From an uncultured Desulfosarcina sp. (GTDB lineage: Bacteria; Desulfobacterota; Desulfobacteria; Desulfobacterales; Desulfosarcinaceae), in contig CAXXWQ010000003.1 of assembly GCA_963674945.2 (NCBI GenBank), positions 1,888,001 to 1,952,000 of the forward strand: a stretch of DNA of 64,000 nucleotides, read 5' to 3'. The position numbers and the translations under genes were made by a program. Below the pieces are notes generated by a model. That model was given only the letters and a program-made list of their open reading frames with translations. It did not search any database and was not told the origin of the DNA. Positions 20,073 to 29,414 of the stretch are shown here, one piece after another; within the stretch, counting starts at the first letter, position 1, and every line of letters starts with the position of its first letter.

Positions 20073-20906
20073 TCACGACGGAGCCGAATCATCGCAAAGC
20101 AACTGCCGAAGACGTTCGCTCATGAAAATGATGGACTCGATGTCCAGGTGATCGGTGATGGTTTCGTCAAAGAGGAGTTTGGCGGTGGCGCCGAATCCCT
20201 CTTCCCGATCTTCATCCCAAAAGAGAAGCATGACCGGTACACGGGGAAGCACCCGGAAAAAAAATGCCGCATCCGCACTATTGTCGGCATCGGTCCGCAG
20301 CTTACCACCAATGCGTGTGGCAGCCTCGGTCAATGCTGCGACACGGCCGTGAAAGAAGTCGGCCAGTGGGGTCTCCACATGCCCCGCCATGGTTTTCACC
20401 TTGGATATGGTGTTGGGGAATTCCTCGAATCCTTTCCACTTTCCCGTGGGCATTCGTGTTCCGCCCTGGGCCATATGGTTATATAAGAAAACTTTTTCCC
20501 AGCGTGTCATCGTCTCGCCGTCGGATCTTCGGATATCTTCGGTGTCGATGAGAACATGACCCGAGAAATACGGCAGCTTCAAGGTCGGACCGGCATCCGT
20601 TTCGATCCGCACACCACCGATCCGCTGGGGCAGGTCCGCCACATCCATGGAAGCCGATCGCTCCTTTGCCCACTTCAGGGCGTCTTCGGCCATGTCCCGC
20701 TTCGTCCATTTGCCTTGGGCGTACTGGGCCGACAACTCTTTGCCCAATCGTTTGACGACATCGGGTGCAAGATGGGGACAACCCACGAGGGGATGCTTTT
20801 GAGAAACCACCATTCCCGCAAAGGCGAGACAGGTGGAAAAACCGCAATCCCCGCAATTGGTCTTGGGCAGCACGTCCCGGTACAGATCGACGACGGACAG
20901 CGCCAT
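20073..20906 (-). CDS. DUF3786 protein with N-terminal Fe-S domain
   Basis: LPKTNCGDCGFSTCLAFA...CPHL; C-terminal LPRVPVMLLFWDED..F..LLFD..HLDIESI. Confidence 0.85.
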   Translation of the reverse strand: MALSVVDLYRDVLPKTNCGDCGFSTCLAFAGMVVSQKHPLVGCPHLAPDVVKRLGKELSAQYAQGKWTKRDMAEDALKWAKERSASMDVADLPQRIGGVRIETDAGPTLKLPYFSGHVLIDTEDIRRSDGETMTRWEKVFLYNHMAQGGTRMPTGKWKGFEEFPNTISKVKTMAGHVETPLADFFHGRVAALTEAATRIGGKLRTDADNSADAAFFFRVLPRVPVMLLFWDEDREEGFGATAKLLFDETITDHLDIESIIFMSERLRQLLCDDSAPS

Positions 20907-20909
20907 GGT

Positions 20910-21365
20910 TTACCACACCTCAGGGTAACCGATGTCCGTGAAAGCGGTTTCCATCTTCAACTTGTGATCCCGCTCCATTGCCGCCAAATCCAAAAAGACC
21001 TGCCGTTTCTCCGAATCATCACACATCTCGGCCATGGCGGTGTACTGCTTCATCGCCGCCTCCTCCTTTTTCATGGCCAGGGCAAAGGCGTCCGCCGGCG
21101 TCATCTCCATGGAAAGCGAAGGTTCCTCCATGGTTTCGGCCACCTTGTAATCCCGGGTCTCGCTGAAATAGCGGTCAACGGTGTCGCTGTTGTAGATTTT
21201 GGTCAAAATATCCCGATGTTTCTTCTCCTCATCGGCAAGAGAGGAAAACAACTTCTTCAGATAGGGGTCTTTCAGGGTGTTGGCCGCATCTTCGTAAAAT
21301 TTCTTTGCCTCCACCTCGTTGGCAATGGCCTCCTTGATGATCTCCTTGTAGGTCTTCAAATCCAT
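20910..21365 (-). CDS. Rubrerythrin/ferritin-like diiron protein
   Basis: AIANEVEA, EEKKHR, AMKKEEAA, MERDH; RBS AAGGAGA. Confidence 0.88.
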   Translation of the reverse strand: MDLKTYKEIIKEAIANEVEAKKFYEDAANTLKDPYLKKLFSSLADEEKKHRDILTKIYNSDTVDRYFSETRDYKVAETMEEPSLSMEMTPADAFALAMKKEEAAMKQYTAMAEMCDDSEKRQVFLDLAAMERDHKLKMETAFTDIGYPEVW

Positions 21366-21492
21366 GTACATATCTCCTTGGGGAAAGGTAAGTAAGATGG
21401 ATTCCATGGCGGGCACACAACATTTGGAACGTTCTTCCCATCCATGGAGACGATAACCACAGTACAGCTACGGCACCCATGCGGACATAAAT

Positions 21493-21508
21493 AGCAATCT
21501 TTGTGCCA
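21493..21508 (-). promoter_or_regulatory. Sigma-54 (-24/-12) promoter for the rubrerythrin-like/DUF3786 transcription unit
   Basis: TGGCACAAAGATTGCT on the minus strand matches TGGCAC-N5-TTGC. Confidence 0.75.
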
Positions 21509-21598
21509 CTCAAAAAGCCATGGCTGGTCCATAAAAAATCGTGTATAGTAGTGTGACCTTTCATTGCATATCACTAAATTCTTTACATGGAGGACCCG

Positions 21599-22435
21599 AT
21601 GAAATGGCGACAATTTCTGACACCGGTGAAGTCCATTGACACGGACCAGGCCAAGGCCTACCTCGCCGATAAAAGTGTCGACGCGGTGACTGTTCTGGAC
21701 GTACGCCAACCCAAAGAATACGAGGCAGGCCACATCCCGGGGGCCGTTCTCGCCCCGTTGCCCCAGCTTGCCGACCACCTGGATCGTCTGGATGGAAGCA
21801 AGCCGATCCTGGTCTACTGCGCTTCCGGAGGCCGCAGCCGGGTGGCGGCACAGCTGCTCTCGGGCAAGGGGTTTGCGGAAATCATCAACGTCGCCGGCGG
21901 TTTCAATGCCTGGACCAGCGAAGCGGCATTTATGGGAGAGGAGAAAGGACTGGCGCTATTCGAGGGCGTCACCTCCGTGGAACGCGCATTGACCGTGGCC
22001 TACGCGTTGGAAGCCGGCCTGAAGGATTTTTACGATTCCATGGCGGAAAAGGTCGAGAGTGAACCGGCGAGACAACTGTTTCACCAACTGTCTCAAATTG
22101 AGGTGAAACATCAAGATCGAATTCTGGAACAGTTCGAAACGCTGACCGGAACACCCGCCTCACGGGAACGCTTCGAAACCGAACGACTCCCCGAAGTGCT
22201 CGAAGGCGGCCTGACCACCGAGGAGTACGCCAGTCTCCTCATGCCCAGCTACGATACGGTCACCGACATCATCGAACTGGCCATGTCAATTGAAGCCCAG
22301 GCACTCGATCTCTACCTCCGGGCATCGGAAAAGGCGGAGAACGAGACCGGGAAAAAGGCGCTGATACAGATCGCCAACGAGGAGAAGATCCATCTGGAAC
22401 GGTTGGGCCAGCTGATGGAGGAAGTGATTTCATGA
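21599..22435 (+). CDS. Rhodanese-rubrerythrin fusion protein
   Basis: LDVRQPKEYEAGHIPGA, YCASGGRS; C-terminal EVKH / EEKIH ferritin-like motifs. Confidence 0.88.
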   Translation: MKWRQFLTPVKSIDTDQAKAYLADKSVDAVTVLDVRQPKEYEAGHIPGAVLAPLPQLADHLDRLDGSKPILVYCASGGRSRVAAQLLSGKGFAEIINVAGGFNAWTSEAAFMGEEKGLALFEGVTSVERALTVAYALEAGLKDFYDSMAEKVESEPARQLFHQLSQIEVKHQDRILEQFETLTGTPASRERFETERLPEVLEGGLTTEEYASLLMPSYDTVTDIIELAMSIEAQALDLYLRASEKAENETGKKALIQIANEEKIHLERLGQLMEEVIS

Positions 22436-23547
22436 AAAAACGCCTGGTCCTCATCGGCGGCGGCCATGCCCATATGGTCACCCTTTCCAAATTGTCTACC
22501 CTTGTCGAAAAGGGTCATTCGGTCACCGTTATCGGGCCGTCCGATCACCATTACTATTCCGGAATGGGACCAGGCATGCTATCGGGCACCTACCGACCGG
22601 ACGAGATCCGCTTCGCCACCAAAAAGGTCGTAGAGAAACAAGGCGGCATCTTCATCCAAGGAAAGGCGGTCCGAATCGATCCGGAAAAAAAGGTCGTCAT
22701 GTTAGAAAGCCAGGAGACCGTCCCCTACGACGTGCTCTCCTGCAATGCGGGCAGCCACGTTCCCAGGCCGGACATCCAGCAAGATGCGGCCGATGACATC
22801 TTCACCGTAAAACCCATCGAGCGTCTCATGGAGGCAAAAAAGCGCCTGGCAGACCATTTCGGCCGTCACAGGCCGGCGGTGGTCATCATCGGCGGAGGTC
22901 CTTCGGCGGCCGAGGTCGCGGGAAACGTCTGGCAGCTTGGGAAAACCACCGGAGGGCACATGCCGCGCATCACCATCGTTGCGGGAAAGACATTCATGTC
23001 CCGGTTTCCCGTGTCGGTACGCCGCCGGATCGTTCGCACCCTGGACCGCAGGGGAATCGAGATCCGGGAAGGCGCCTATGCCCGAGGTGCGTCTTCCTCA
23101 GGAATCGACCTGGACAATGGTGAGACACTGCCCGCGGATTTCATATTTTTGGCCCTGGGCGTCCGTCCATCTCCCATATTCGCCGACTCCGGTATCGAAA
23201 CGGGTCCCGATGGCGGCATGAAGGTCAATCGTTTTTTGCAAAGTACACAATATCCGGAAATCTTCGGCGGCGGCGACTGTATTTATTTCCAGGATACCCC
23301 CCTGGATAAGGTAGGCGTTTATGCCGTGCGGGAAAACCCGGTACTCTTCGCCAACATCGAAGCCCGATTAAATGGTGGTGAATTGATGCCCTTCGATCCG
23401 GGGGGGGACTACCTGCTGATTTTCAACCTGGGTGGGGGCGTGGGCGTTTTGAAGAAAAGATGGTTGGAATTCGGGGGGCGGGCCGCCTTCATGATCAAGG
23501 ATTATATCGATCGCAGGTTCATGAAAGAGTTCCAGGCCATAGAGTGA
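22432..23547 (+). CDS. FAD-dependent oxidoreductase (NDH-2/SelD-associated flavoprotein family)
   Basis: LIGGGHAH, YYSGMGPG, GGGDC, KVGVYAVR, KDYIDRRFM. Confidence 0.85.
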   Translation: MKKRLVLIGGGHAHMVTLSKLSTLVEKGHSVTVIGPSDHHYYSGMGPGMLSGTYRPDEIRFATKKVVEKQGGIFIQGKAVRIDPEKKVVMLESQETVPYDVLSCNAGSHVPRPDIQQDAADDIFTVKPIERLMEAKKRLADHFGRHRPAVVIIGGGPSAAEVAGNVWQLGKTTGGHMPRITIVAGKTFMSRFPVSVRRRIVRTLDRRGIEIREGAYARGASSSGIDLDNGETLPADFIFLALGVRPSPIFADSGIETGPDGGMKVNRFLQSTQYPEIFGGGDCIYFQDTPLDKVGVYAVRENPVLFANIEARLNGGELMPFDPGGDYLLIFNLGGGVGVLKKRWLEFGGRAAFMIKDYIDRRFMKEFQAIE

Positions 23548-23555
23548 AAGGCGTC

Positions 23556-24641
23556 ATGGAAACCCATACCGCTGCACCTTCCGACTCCATCGGGCCGGAA
23601 GAACGGGCAACGTTCGCCATTGCCCTTCTCACCAACCTGCCCTATGCCGCTGCATCGCTCACCGGTATTGGCGGGGACATCAAGGCGGATCCGTCTCATT
23701 TCGTGGTCCAGGAAAAACTGCCTTACGAACCATGTGGCGAGGGGGAACACATCTACGTCACCTTCCGCAGAAGCGGATGGAACACGGCCGACGCCGCGCG
23801 AACCATCCAGAAACGGTTGCACCTGAAGCCATCGGACGTGGGATGGGGCGGCCGCAAGGACAAAACTGCCGTTGTGGAACAGACCCTCTCCTTTCGATGC
23901 GGCGTCAAACGTCCGTTGTCGGACATCGAGGAGGTATTTGCCGACCTGCCTTTCGAGCTGATGGATGTCCGTCGACACGGCAACAAGATCAAGACCGGCC
24001 ACGTGGCCGCCAATCGGTTTTCCATCATCGTCAGTGATCCCGTCCCCGATGCCCTGGAAAAAGCGAAAAAGATCGAAAAGCGACTGAAGCATACCGGCGT
24101 GCCCAATTTTTACGGGCCACAGCGTTTCGGCTACGGGATGCGAAACGTCCAAAAGGGTTTTTCTCTATTCTCCGCCACAAAAAGGGGGAAAAAGGATTCG
24201 TTCATGGTCTCTGTGATCCAGTCGGCATTGTTCAACATCTGGCTTGAACGACGAATGGAATCGGGGCAATTCAGCACGCTGCTATCCGGTGATATCGTCA
24301 AGAAGACCGATACGGGGGGCATGTTCACCGTGGAAGATCTCACGGCCGAGGCCCTTCGTTTCAACGCCGGTGAGATCGTCTACACCGGCCCCATGTTCGG
24401 ATTCAAAATGAAACCGGCCCGGGACACGGCCGGTGAAAGGGAGGTGGAAGTGCTGGATCTGTTTCATCTTACCCCCCAGGATTTTCGCCCCTTTCGCGCA
24501 CCGGGTTCCCGTCGGGAGGCCGTTTTACACCTATCGGATCTTGCGATCACAGCGGTTGAAAAAGGATTGCAGTTCTCCTTCACGCTGCCCGCCGGTGCTT
24601 ATGCCACCACGGTGTTGCGTGAGTTCACCCGTGAGACGTAA
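23556..24641 (+). CDS. truD: tRNA pseudouridine(13) synthase
   Basis: FVVQEKL..GEGEH, GRKDKTAV, PNFYGPQRFG, FTLPAGAYATTVLRE. Confidence 0.93.
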   Translation: METHTAAPSDSIGPEERATFAIALLTNLPYAAASLTGIGGDIKADPSHFVVQEKLPYEPCGEGEHIYVTFRRSGWNTADAARTIQKRLHLKPSDVGWGGRKDKTAVVEQTLSFRCGVKRPLSDIEEVFADLPFELMDVRRHGNKIKTGHVAANRFSIIVSDPVPDALEKAKKIEKRLKHTGVPNFYGPQRFGYGMRNVQKGFSLFSATKRGKKDSFMVSVIQSALFNIWLERRMESGQFSTLLSGDIVKKTDTGGMFTVEDLTAEALRFNAGEIVYTGPMFGFKMKPARDTAGEREVEVLDLFHLTPQDFRPFRAPGSRREAVLHLSDLAITAVEKGLQFSFTLPAGAYATTVLREFTRET

Positions 24642-24642
24642 A

Positions 24643-25380
24643 ATGGAATTGCCCATACAAATCCGAATATACCCCGGTCGTCGATTGTTTTGCATCCTCG
24701 CCCTCGTCTTGCTATTCGCAGCAACCGGTTCATCGACAACGCTATTCGATGGAATGCGAAAAGAGATGGTGCAGCATCAGCTTCGCGCCCGGGACATCAC
24801 GTCTGTTGCGGTACTGGCCGCCATGGGGGAAGTCCCCCGCCATCGGTTCGTTCCGGAAAATCTTCGCCATATGGCCTATCAGGACACCCCCCTTCCCATC
24901 GGCCATGGACAAACCATATCGCAGCCTTATATTGTGGCCTTGATGACGCAGGTTCTGGACGTGACACCCGGCAAACGAATTTTGGAGATCGGCACCGGCT
25001 CCGGATATCAGGCCGCGATACTGGCGCATCTCGGCGCGACGGTCTTCAGTATAGAGATCGTACCCGAACTGGGAAGGCGGGCCGAAAAAATCCTGAAGGA
25101 GAATGGATACGGCACGGTGAAGGTGAAAATCGGAGACGGGTACAAAGGATGGCCCGAACACGCCCCCTTCGATGCCATCATCGTCACCTGTGCGCCAGAG
25201 AAGATTCCACAACCATTAAAAAGACAGCTCGCCGAGGGCGGCCGCATGGTCATCCCCGTGGGGGAGAAATATCATCAACAGCTCGTGCTGCTGACCAAAC
25301 AAGCGGGAGAACTCCGGAAGCAAAGAATCGTGGACGTACGATTCGTTCCCATGGTAGACGAGAAGGGGAAGACCTATTGA
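24643..25380 (+). CDS. pcm: Protein-L-isoaspartate O-methyltransferase
   Basis: VPRHRFVP, GQTISQPYIVA, LEIGTGSGYQAA, APFDAIIVT, RFVPM. Confidence 0.93.
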   Translation: MELPIQIRIYPGRRLFCILALVLLFAATGSSTTLFDGMRKEMVQHQLRARDITSVAVLAAMGEVPRHRFVPENLRHMAYQDTPLPIGHGQTISQPYIVALMTQVLDVTPGKRILEIGTGSGYQAAILAHLGATVFSIEIVPELGRRAEKILKENGYGTVKVKIGDGYKGWPEHAPFDAIIVTCAPEKIPQPLKRQLAEGGRMVIPVGEKYHQQLVLLTKQAGELRKQRIVDVRFVPMVDEKGKTY

Positions 25381-25381
25381 T

Positions 25382-26005
25382 ATGGATCTGGGATTGATTT
25401 TACTGCAAGTGGCGGCACTGTTCATGGCCCTGACCTTCCACGAATTCGCCCATGGCTGGGTGGCCAGAAGGCTGGGCGATCACACGGCCGAGGCACAGGG
25501 GCGTCTGACCTTGAATCCAAAGGATCACATCGATCCATTCGGCACGGTCCTCTTGCCGGCCATGCTGATCCTGATAAAATCGCCGGTGGTTTTCGGATGG
25601 GCCAAGCCGGTGCCCATCAACCCGAGAAATTTCAAGGATCCGAGACGGGGCATGATGTGGTCGGCCCTGGGCGGCCCTCTGATCAATCTCTTTCTGGCAG
25701 CCGTACTGACGTTTCTTCTCAAGGCGATGATGGGCCTTGGCCTTTTCGTCCACGGTCTCTTTCTCTTTCTGATCATCGCCATTCAGCTGAATGTTTTTCT
25801 GGCGATCTTCAACCTCATCCCCATTCCCCCCCTGGATGGCGGCCGTGTACTGGTGGGGCTTTTGCCGGCCCGTCAGGCCATGGCCCTGAGCCGCATCGAA
25901 CCCTATGGATTTTTAATCGTTCTGGCCTTGATGTATTTTCACGTGCTGGATCGTTTCGTTTTTTATCCCATCCAGATGCTGTTGCGAATGCTGGGCGTTG
26001 CCTGA
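25382..26005 (+). CDS. Site-2 protease (M50) family
   Basis: HEFAH zinc motif, NLIPIPPLDGG. Confidence 0.92.
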   Translation: MDLGLILLQVAALFMALTFHEFAHGWVARRLGDHTAEAQGRLTLNPKDHIDPFGTVLLPAMLILIKSPVVFGWAKPVPINPRNFKDPRRGMMWSALGGPLINLFLAAVLTFLLKAMMGLGLFVHGLFLFLIIAIQLNVFLAIFNLIPIPPLDGGRVLVGLLPARQAMALSRIEPYGFLIVLALMYFHVLDRFVFYPIQMLLRMLGVA

Positions 26006-26052
26006 CACCTGCTGAAAAGGAAAACGCATCGCCCCGCAGCCCCCGTGTCATC

Positions 26053-27846
26053 TCAAGGAAGTTGTCCATCGATCACGCTTCGCACCAGTTTTGCCATTTT
26101 CGATCTTACGATCGGTTTGAGCAAAAACCCCTTGACCCCCATCTCCGACGCTTTCTTCCGGTCGATTCGCTCACTGAACCCGGTACAGATGATAATCGGA
26201 ATATCGAACCGAATCAGGATCAATTGTCTGGCCAGTTCTTCGCCCGTCATGTTGGGCATGGACATGTCCGTGATGACCAGATCGAACTCGTTGGGATGGT
26301 CCTGGAAGGCGGCCAGGGCCTCGACACCGTTGACCCGCGACGTAATCCGGTATCCAAGGCGCGTAAGCATCTCCGTCTCATACCGGAGGATGGATGGCTC
26401 GTCGTCGATGAGCAAGATGTGCTCCGTGCCACCCGGATAGACAGTCGCATCCTCCATCGCCTGTGCATCGAATGCCCGTCGCATGAGCGGAAAAAATACG
26501 CGAAAGGTCGTTCCTTCTCCCACACGACTTTCGACCTGGATATCACCGCCGTAATCATTCACGATTCCATACACCACGGCCAATCCGAGACCGGTTCCCT
26601 TGCCCTGGGGTTTGGTGGTAAAATAGGGCTCGAATATTTTGTCCATGACCTCTTTTTCCATGCCACTGCCGTCATCGGACACCGTTAGAACCACGTATTG
26701 CCCCGGAGTGAGGCCATTGTGATCCGCATCGTCCCGGGCAACATGGGTCTGCTGCAACCGAACGGTGATCTTGCCACCTGTCTTTTGCACGGCATGGTAG
26801 GCATTGGTGATCAGGTTCATCGCAACCTGATGGACCTGCGTCGGATCGGCCATGACCAGGCCGCAGTCGCCTTGAATCCGTTGGTGAATCTCGATATCCG
26901 CCGGGATCGTCGAGCGACTCAGCTTCAATACCTCGGCGAGAACCTGCTGGACCCGTATGGGTTTTTTCTGGTTCTCGTTCTGGCGGCTGAATGCCAGGAT
27001 CTGCTTCACCAGGTCACGGCCTCTTTTTCCCGCCTTGAAGATTTCCTGTGCGTTTTCATGCTCCATGCTTCCGGCAGGAAGATCTTCCATGAGCAATTCC
27101 GAAAGCCCCATGATGGGAAACAGGATGTTGTTGAAATCGTGGGCAATGCCACCGGCCAGATTGCCGATGGATTCCATCTTCTGTGCCTGCTGCAGACGGG
27201 CTTCCGTTAATAGCTGCTTTTTTTGCAGTTCCTTCAGTTCGGTAATATCGGTGGCGATTTGCAGATGAACAATCTGCCCATCGGACCATTGAATCGCCCG
27301 GTCGTAGTAAACGGACCAGCGTTTGGTGATCGGGTTTTCCCCCTCCCAGACGATAACACCCGTCGGCTTGTTGGATTCGTCCAGCAATTTTTCTTTCTTG
27401 CAATCGGCGCATGGTTCCGAACAATTGCGGAAGGCCTGGAAGCAAGCCTTTCCGGAAAAATCTCCCCCGAATGCATCGATCATTTTCTGGTTCATGAAAC
27501 GAATCTCGTGTGTCTCCATGTCCGACACGGATACGGTGGCATCGATACTGTTCAGTATCGTCAAGAGACTGTCGTGGGCGATTCGGCGCTGCTCTTCGGC
27601 CCGTTGCCGGATATGAAAAACCCTTACGATGACGCTCCCCAACACCACGAACAAGAAGATAACCATCAGGCGGGACACCACCTGGTAGGGCGGAACGCGC
27701 AGCAGGAAGGTATCGACCCAGGATACCGGTTCACTGAAAATCAGGCTTTTCAGATTGGTTTCGAAGGAGATATAGGATAATACGCTGTCCAGAACCCAAT
27801 AGGCGACACAGACCAAAACGATGAGAAGATATCCGGCTCGTTGCAT
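26053..27846 (-). CDS. Membrane-bound PAS hybrid histidine kinase/response regulator
   Basis: Two TM helices, PAS, AHDFNNIL, GKGTGLGL, receiver (LLIDDE, TDMSMP, LLKP). Confidence 0.92.
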   Translation of the reverse strand: MQRAGYLLIVLVCVAYWVLDSVLSYISFETNLKSLIFSEPVSWVDTFLLRVPPYQVVSRLMVIFLFVVLGSVIVRVFHIRQRAEEQRRIAHDSLLTILNSIDATVSVSDMETHEIRFMNQKMIDAFGGDFSGKACFQAFRNCSEPCADCKKEKLLDESNKPTGVIVWEGENPITKRWSVYYDRAIQWSDGQIVHLQIATDITELKELQKKQLLTEARLQQAQKMESIGNLAGGIAHDFNNILFPIMGLSELLMEDLPAGSMEHENAQEIFKAGKRGRDLVKQILAFSRQNENQKKPIRVQQVLAEVLKLSRSTIPADIEIHQRIQGDCGLVMADPTQVHQVAMNLITNAYHAVQKTGGKITVRLQQTHVARDDADHNGLTPGQYVVLTVSDDGSGMEKEVMDKIFEPYFTTKPQGKGTGLGLAVVYGIVNDYGGDIQVESRVGEGTTFRVFFPLMRRAFDAQAMEDATVYPGGTEHILLIDDEPSILRYETEMLTRLGYRITSRVNGVEALAAFQDHPNEFDLVITDMSMPNMTGEELARQLILIRFDIPIIICTGFSERIDRKKASEMGVKGFLLKPIVRSKMAKLVRSVIDGQLP

Positions 27847-27849
27847 GGG

Positions 27850-28983
27850 CTACTCGTCGTAAATTTCAGTTGCGATCTTCAAGATACTGCCGGGGATTAC
27901 GAAGCCGATCTGTTTCGCGGTTTTTCGATTCACCGCAACGTCCAGCGGGTCTTCAAACAGCTGGGGCAGCGACGACGGCTTCGCGCCATTTAAAATCTTC
28001 CCAAATTTGTCTGCATTGTACGCGCCCAATTCTGCATATCCGGAATCACTGGAGATACTCAACATGATTCCCCGCCGGACGAATTGGGACCCGGTCATGG
28101 CAAATGAAGGGATTTTGGCTGAGATGAAAATCTCGGCGATCTTTTCGGGAATTCGATCCATGCAGGTCAACGCGGTAACATAGACGGCATCTGCGGTATC
28201 CGCCAATTGGCGATAACAGTCCACACAGGTTCGGTCGGATTCTTCGAGTTCTGTTGTCGTGTCGATAACATTGCAGGAGACGACGTTAAAATTCCGCTCA
28301 TGGGCAACCTTGTAAATTTGGTCAACCGCACCGTAGACACGCCCGTCCGGCGTATCTTCGAAGGCCACGCCGAGGGTTTCGAATCCGACGATACGGTGAA
28401 ACATTCGGACCTGTCGCAAATAGCGATTGGGATCGACTCTGGCGGTCACATGGTCGTATCCGGATGACGATACACTTTTGATGATCCCCGCACGCAGTGG
28501 ATCGGAGGTGGAAAGAACCAGCGTGGGAACGTGGTGCCTATCGTTGGCGAGATCCTGCCCCGCCCAGGTACCCATTGCGATGACAAGGTCCAATTTTCCG
28601 GCCCGCAGTTTTTCCATCATTGCTTTTCGTATCTGTTCTCTCTGTTCCTCGTCCCAATTGGCGCTGTAACCATCATCGATACTGAAAAAGAGAAAGTCCG
28701 TATCGCATTGTGTCAGCCATTGCCAATAGGGCTTGGGAATTTCACCATGCAGTTTCGGCGGCTTGTGCTTTTCGATCCACCCCAATGTCATCAGGCCGTC
28801 GATGAGTGTCCGCATTGTCTCCGTATAGTCTGAATAGGGCCCCCCTTCATAATAGCCGATTCGCCATGGCTTTCCATTGTTGCGCCGCGGCATGTTGTCC
28901 TGCGCGATTCCACCCGCGGCAAATACCCACAAAAGCAATACCAGCATGGCCACAACCACATCGATAAATCGCCGAATTCTCAC
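27850..28983 (-). CDS. ABC-type substrate-binding protein, co-transcribed with the kinase
   Basis: Signal peptide after GTG at 28983; WRIGYYEGGPY, DLVIAMGTWAG, VNRKTAKQIG. Confidence 0.8.
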   Translation of the reverse strand: MRIRRFIDVVVAMLVLLLWVFAAGGIAQDNMPRRNNGKPWRIGYYEGGPYSDYTETMRTLIDGLMTLGWIEKHKPPKLHGEIPKPYWQWLTQCDTDFLFFSIDDGYSANWDEEQREQIRKAMMEKLRAGKLDLVIAMGTWAGQDLANDRHHVPTLVLSTSDPLRAGIIKSVSSSGYDHVTARVDPNRYLRQVRMFHRIVGFETLGVAFEDTPDGRVYGAVDQIYKVAHERNFNVVSCNVIDTTTELEESDRTCVDCYRQLADTADAVYVTALTCMDRIPEKIAEIFISAKIPSFAMTGSQFVRRGIMLSISSDSGYAELGAYNADKFGKILNGAKPSSLPQLFEDPLDVAVNRKTAKQIGFVIPGSILKIATEIYDE

Positions 28984-29239
28984 TTTCTCTCCTCTCTCTT
29001 GTCGGTGGTCCCTGAAATGCAGTCCTCCTTGAAGATCCGGAAACATCATCCATCCATGGGTGTTTTGGGGCGCAACCAGACAGGTATCAACGTATTTCGA
29101 AGCAAAAGGAGATTTGCACAGGTGATAAGGATCTTGGACCTGCGACATGATCGAGGTAGCCCCGGAAAATCAATATTTTCATTTGTTTCTTTATATGCGA
29201 ACAATAACCGGCAGGTCAAAGCCTTTTCATCCAAAGAAA

Positions 29240-29269
29240 TTGACAACCCCGAATCCATTTTGCTAACGT
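29240..29269 (+). promoter_or_regulatory. Candidate sigma-70 promoter of the act-cco operon
   Basis: TTGACA-18 nt-TAACGT with extended -10 TG. Confidence 0.5.
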
Positions 29270-29414
29270 TAAGCGAGCTTCATTCAGATCAACAAAACCT
29301 CGATTATCATCAACAGCAGCAAGCCGCAGCGATATCGGCAGTAGGGTAGTTTCTTCCCAAAATGGACCAACCATGCCACCGGCATGGGAAACCTGTCACG
29401 AACGGGCGTAACGC

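Noticed and set aside
21599..23547. Selenocysteine recoding in the rhodanese or flavoprotein genes
   Set aside because: Active-site residues are Cys codons; no in-frame TGA with a continuing homologous frame was seen
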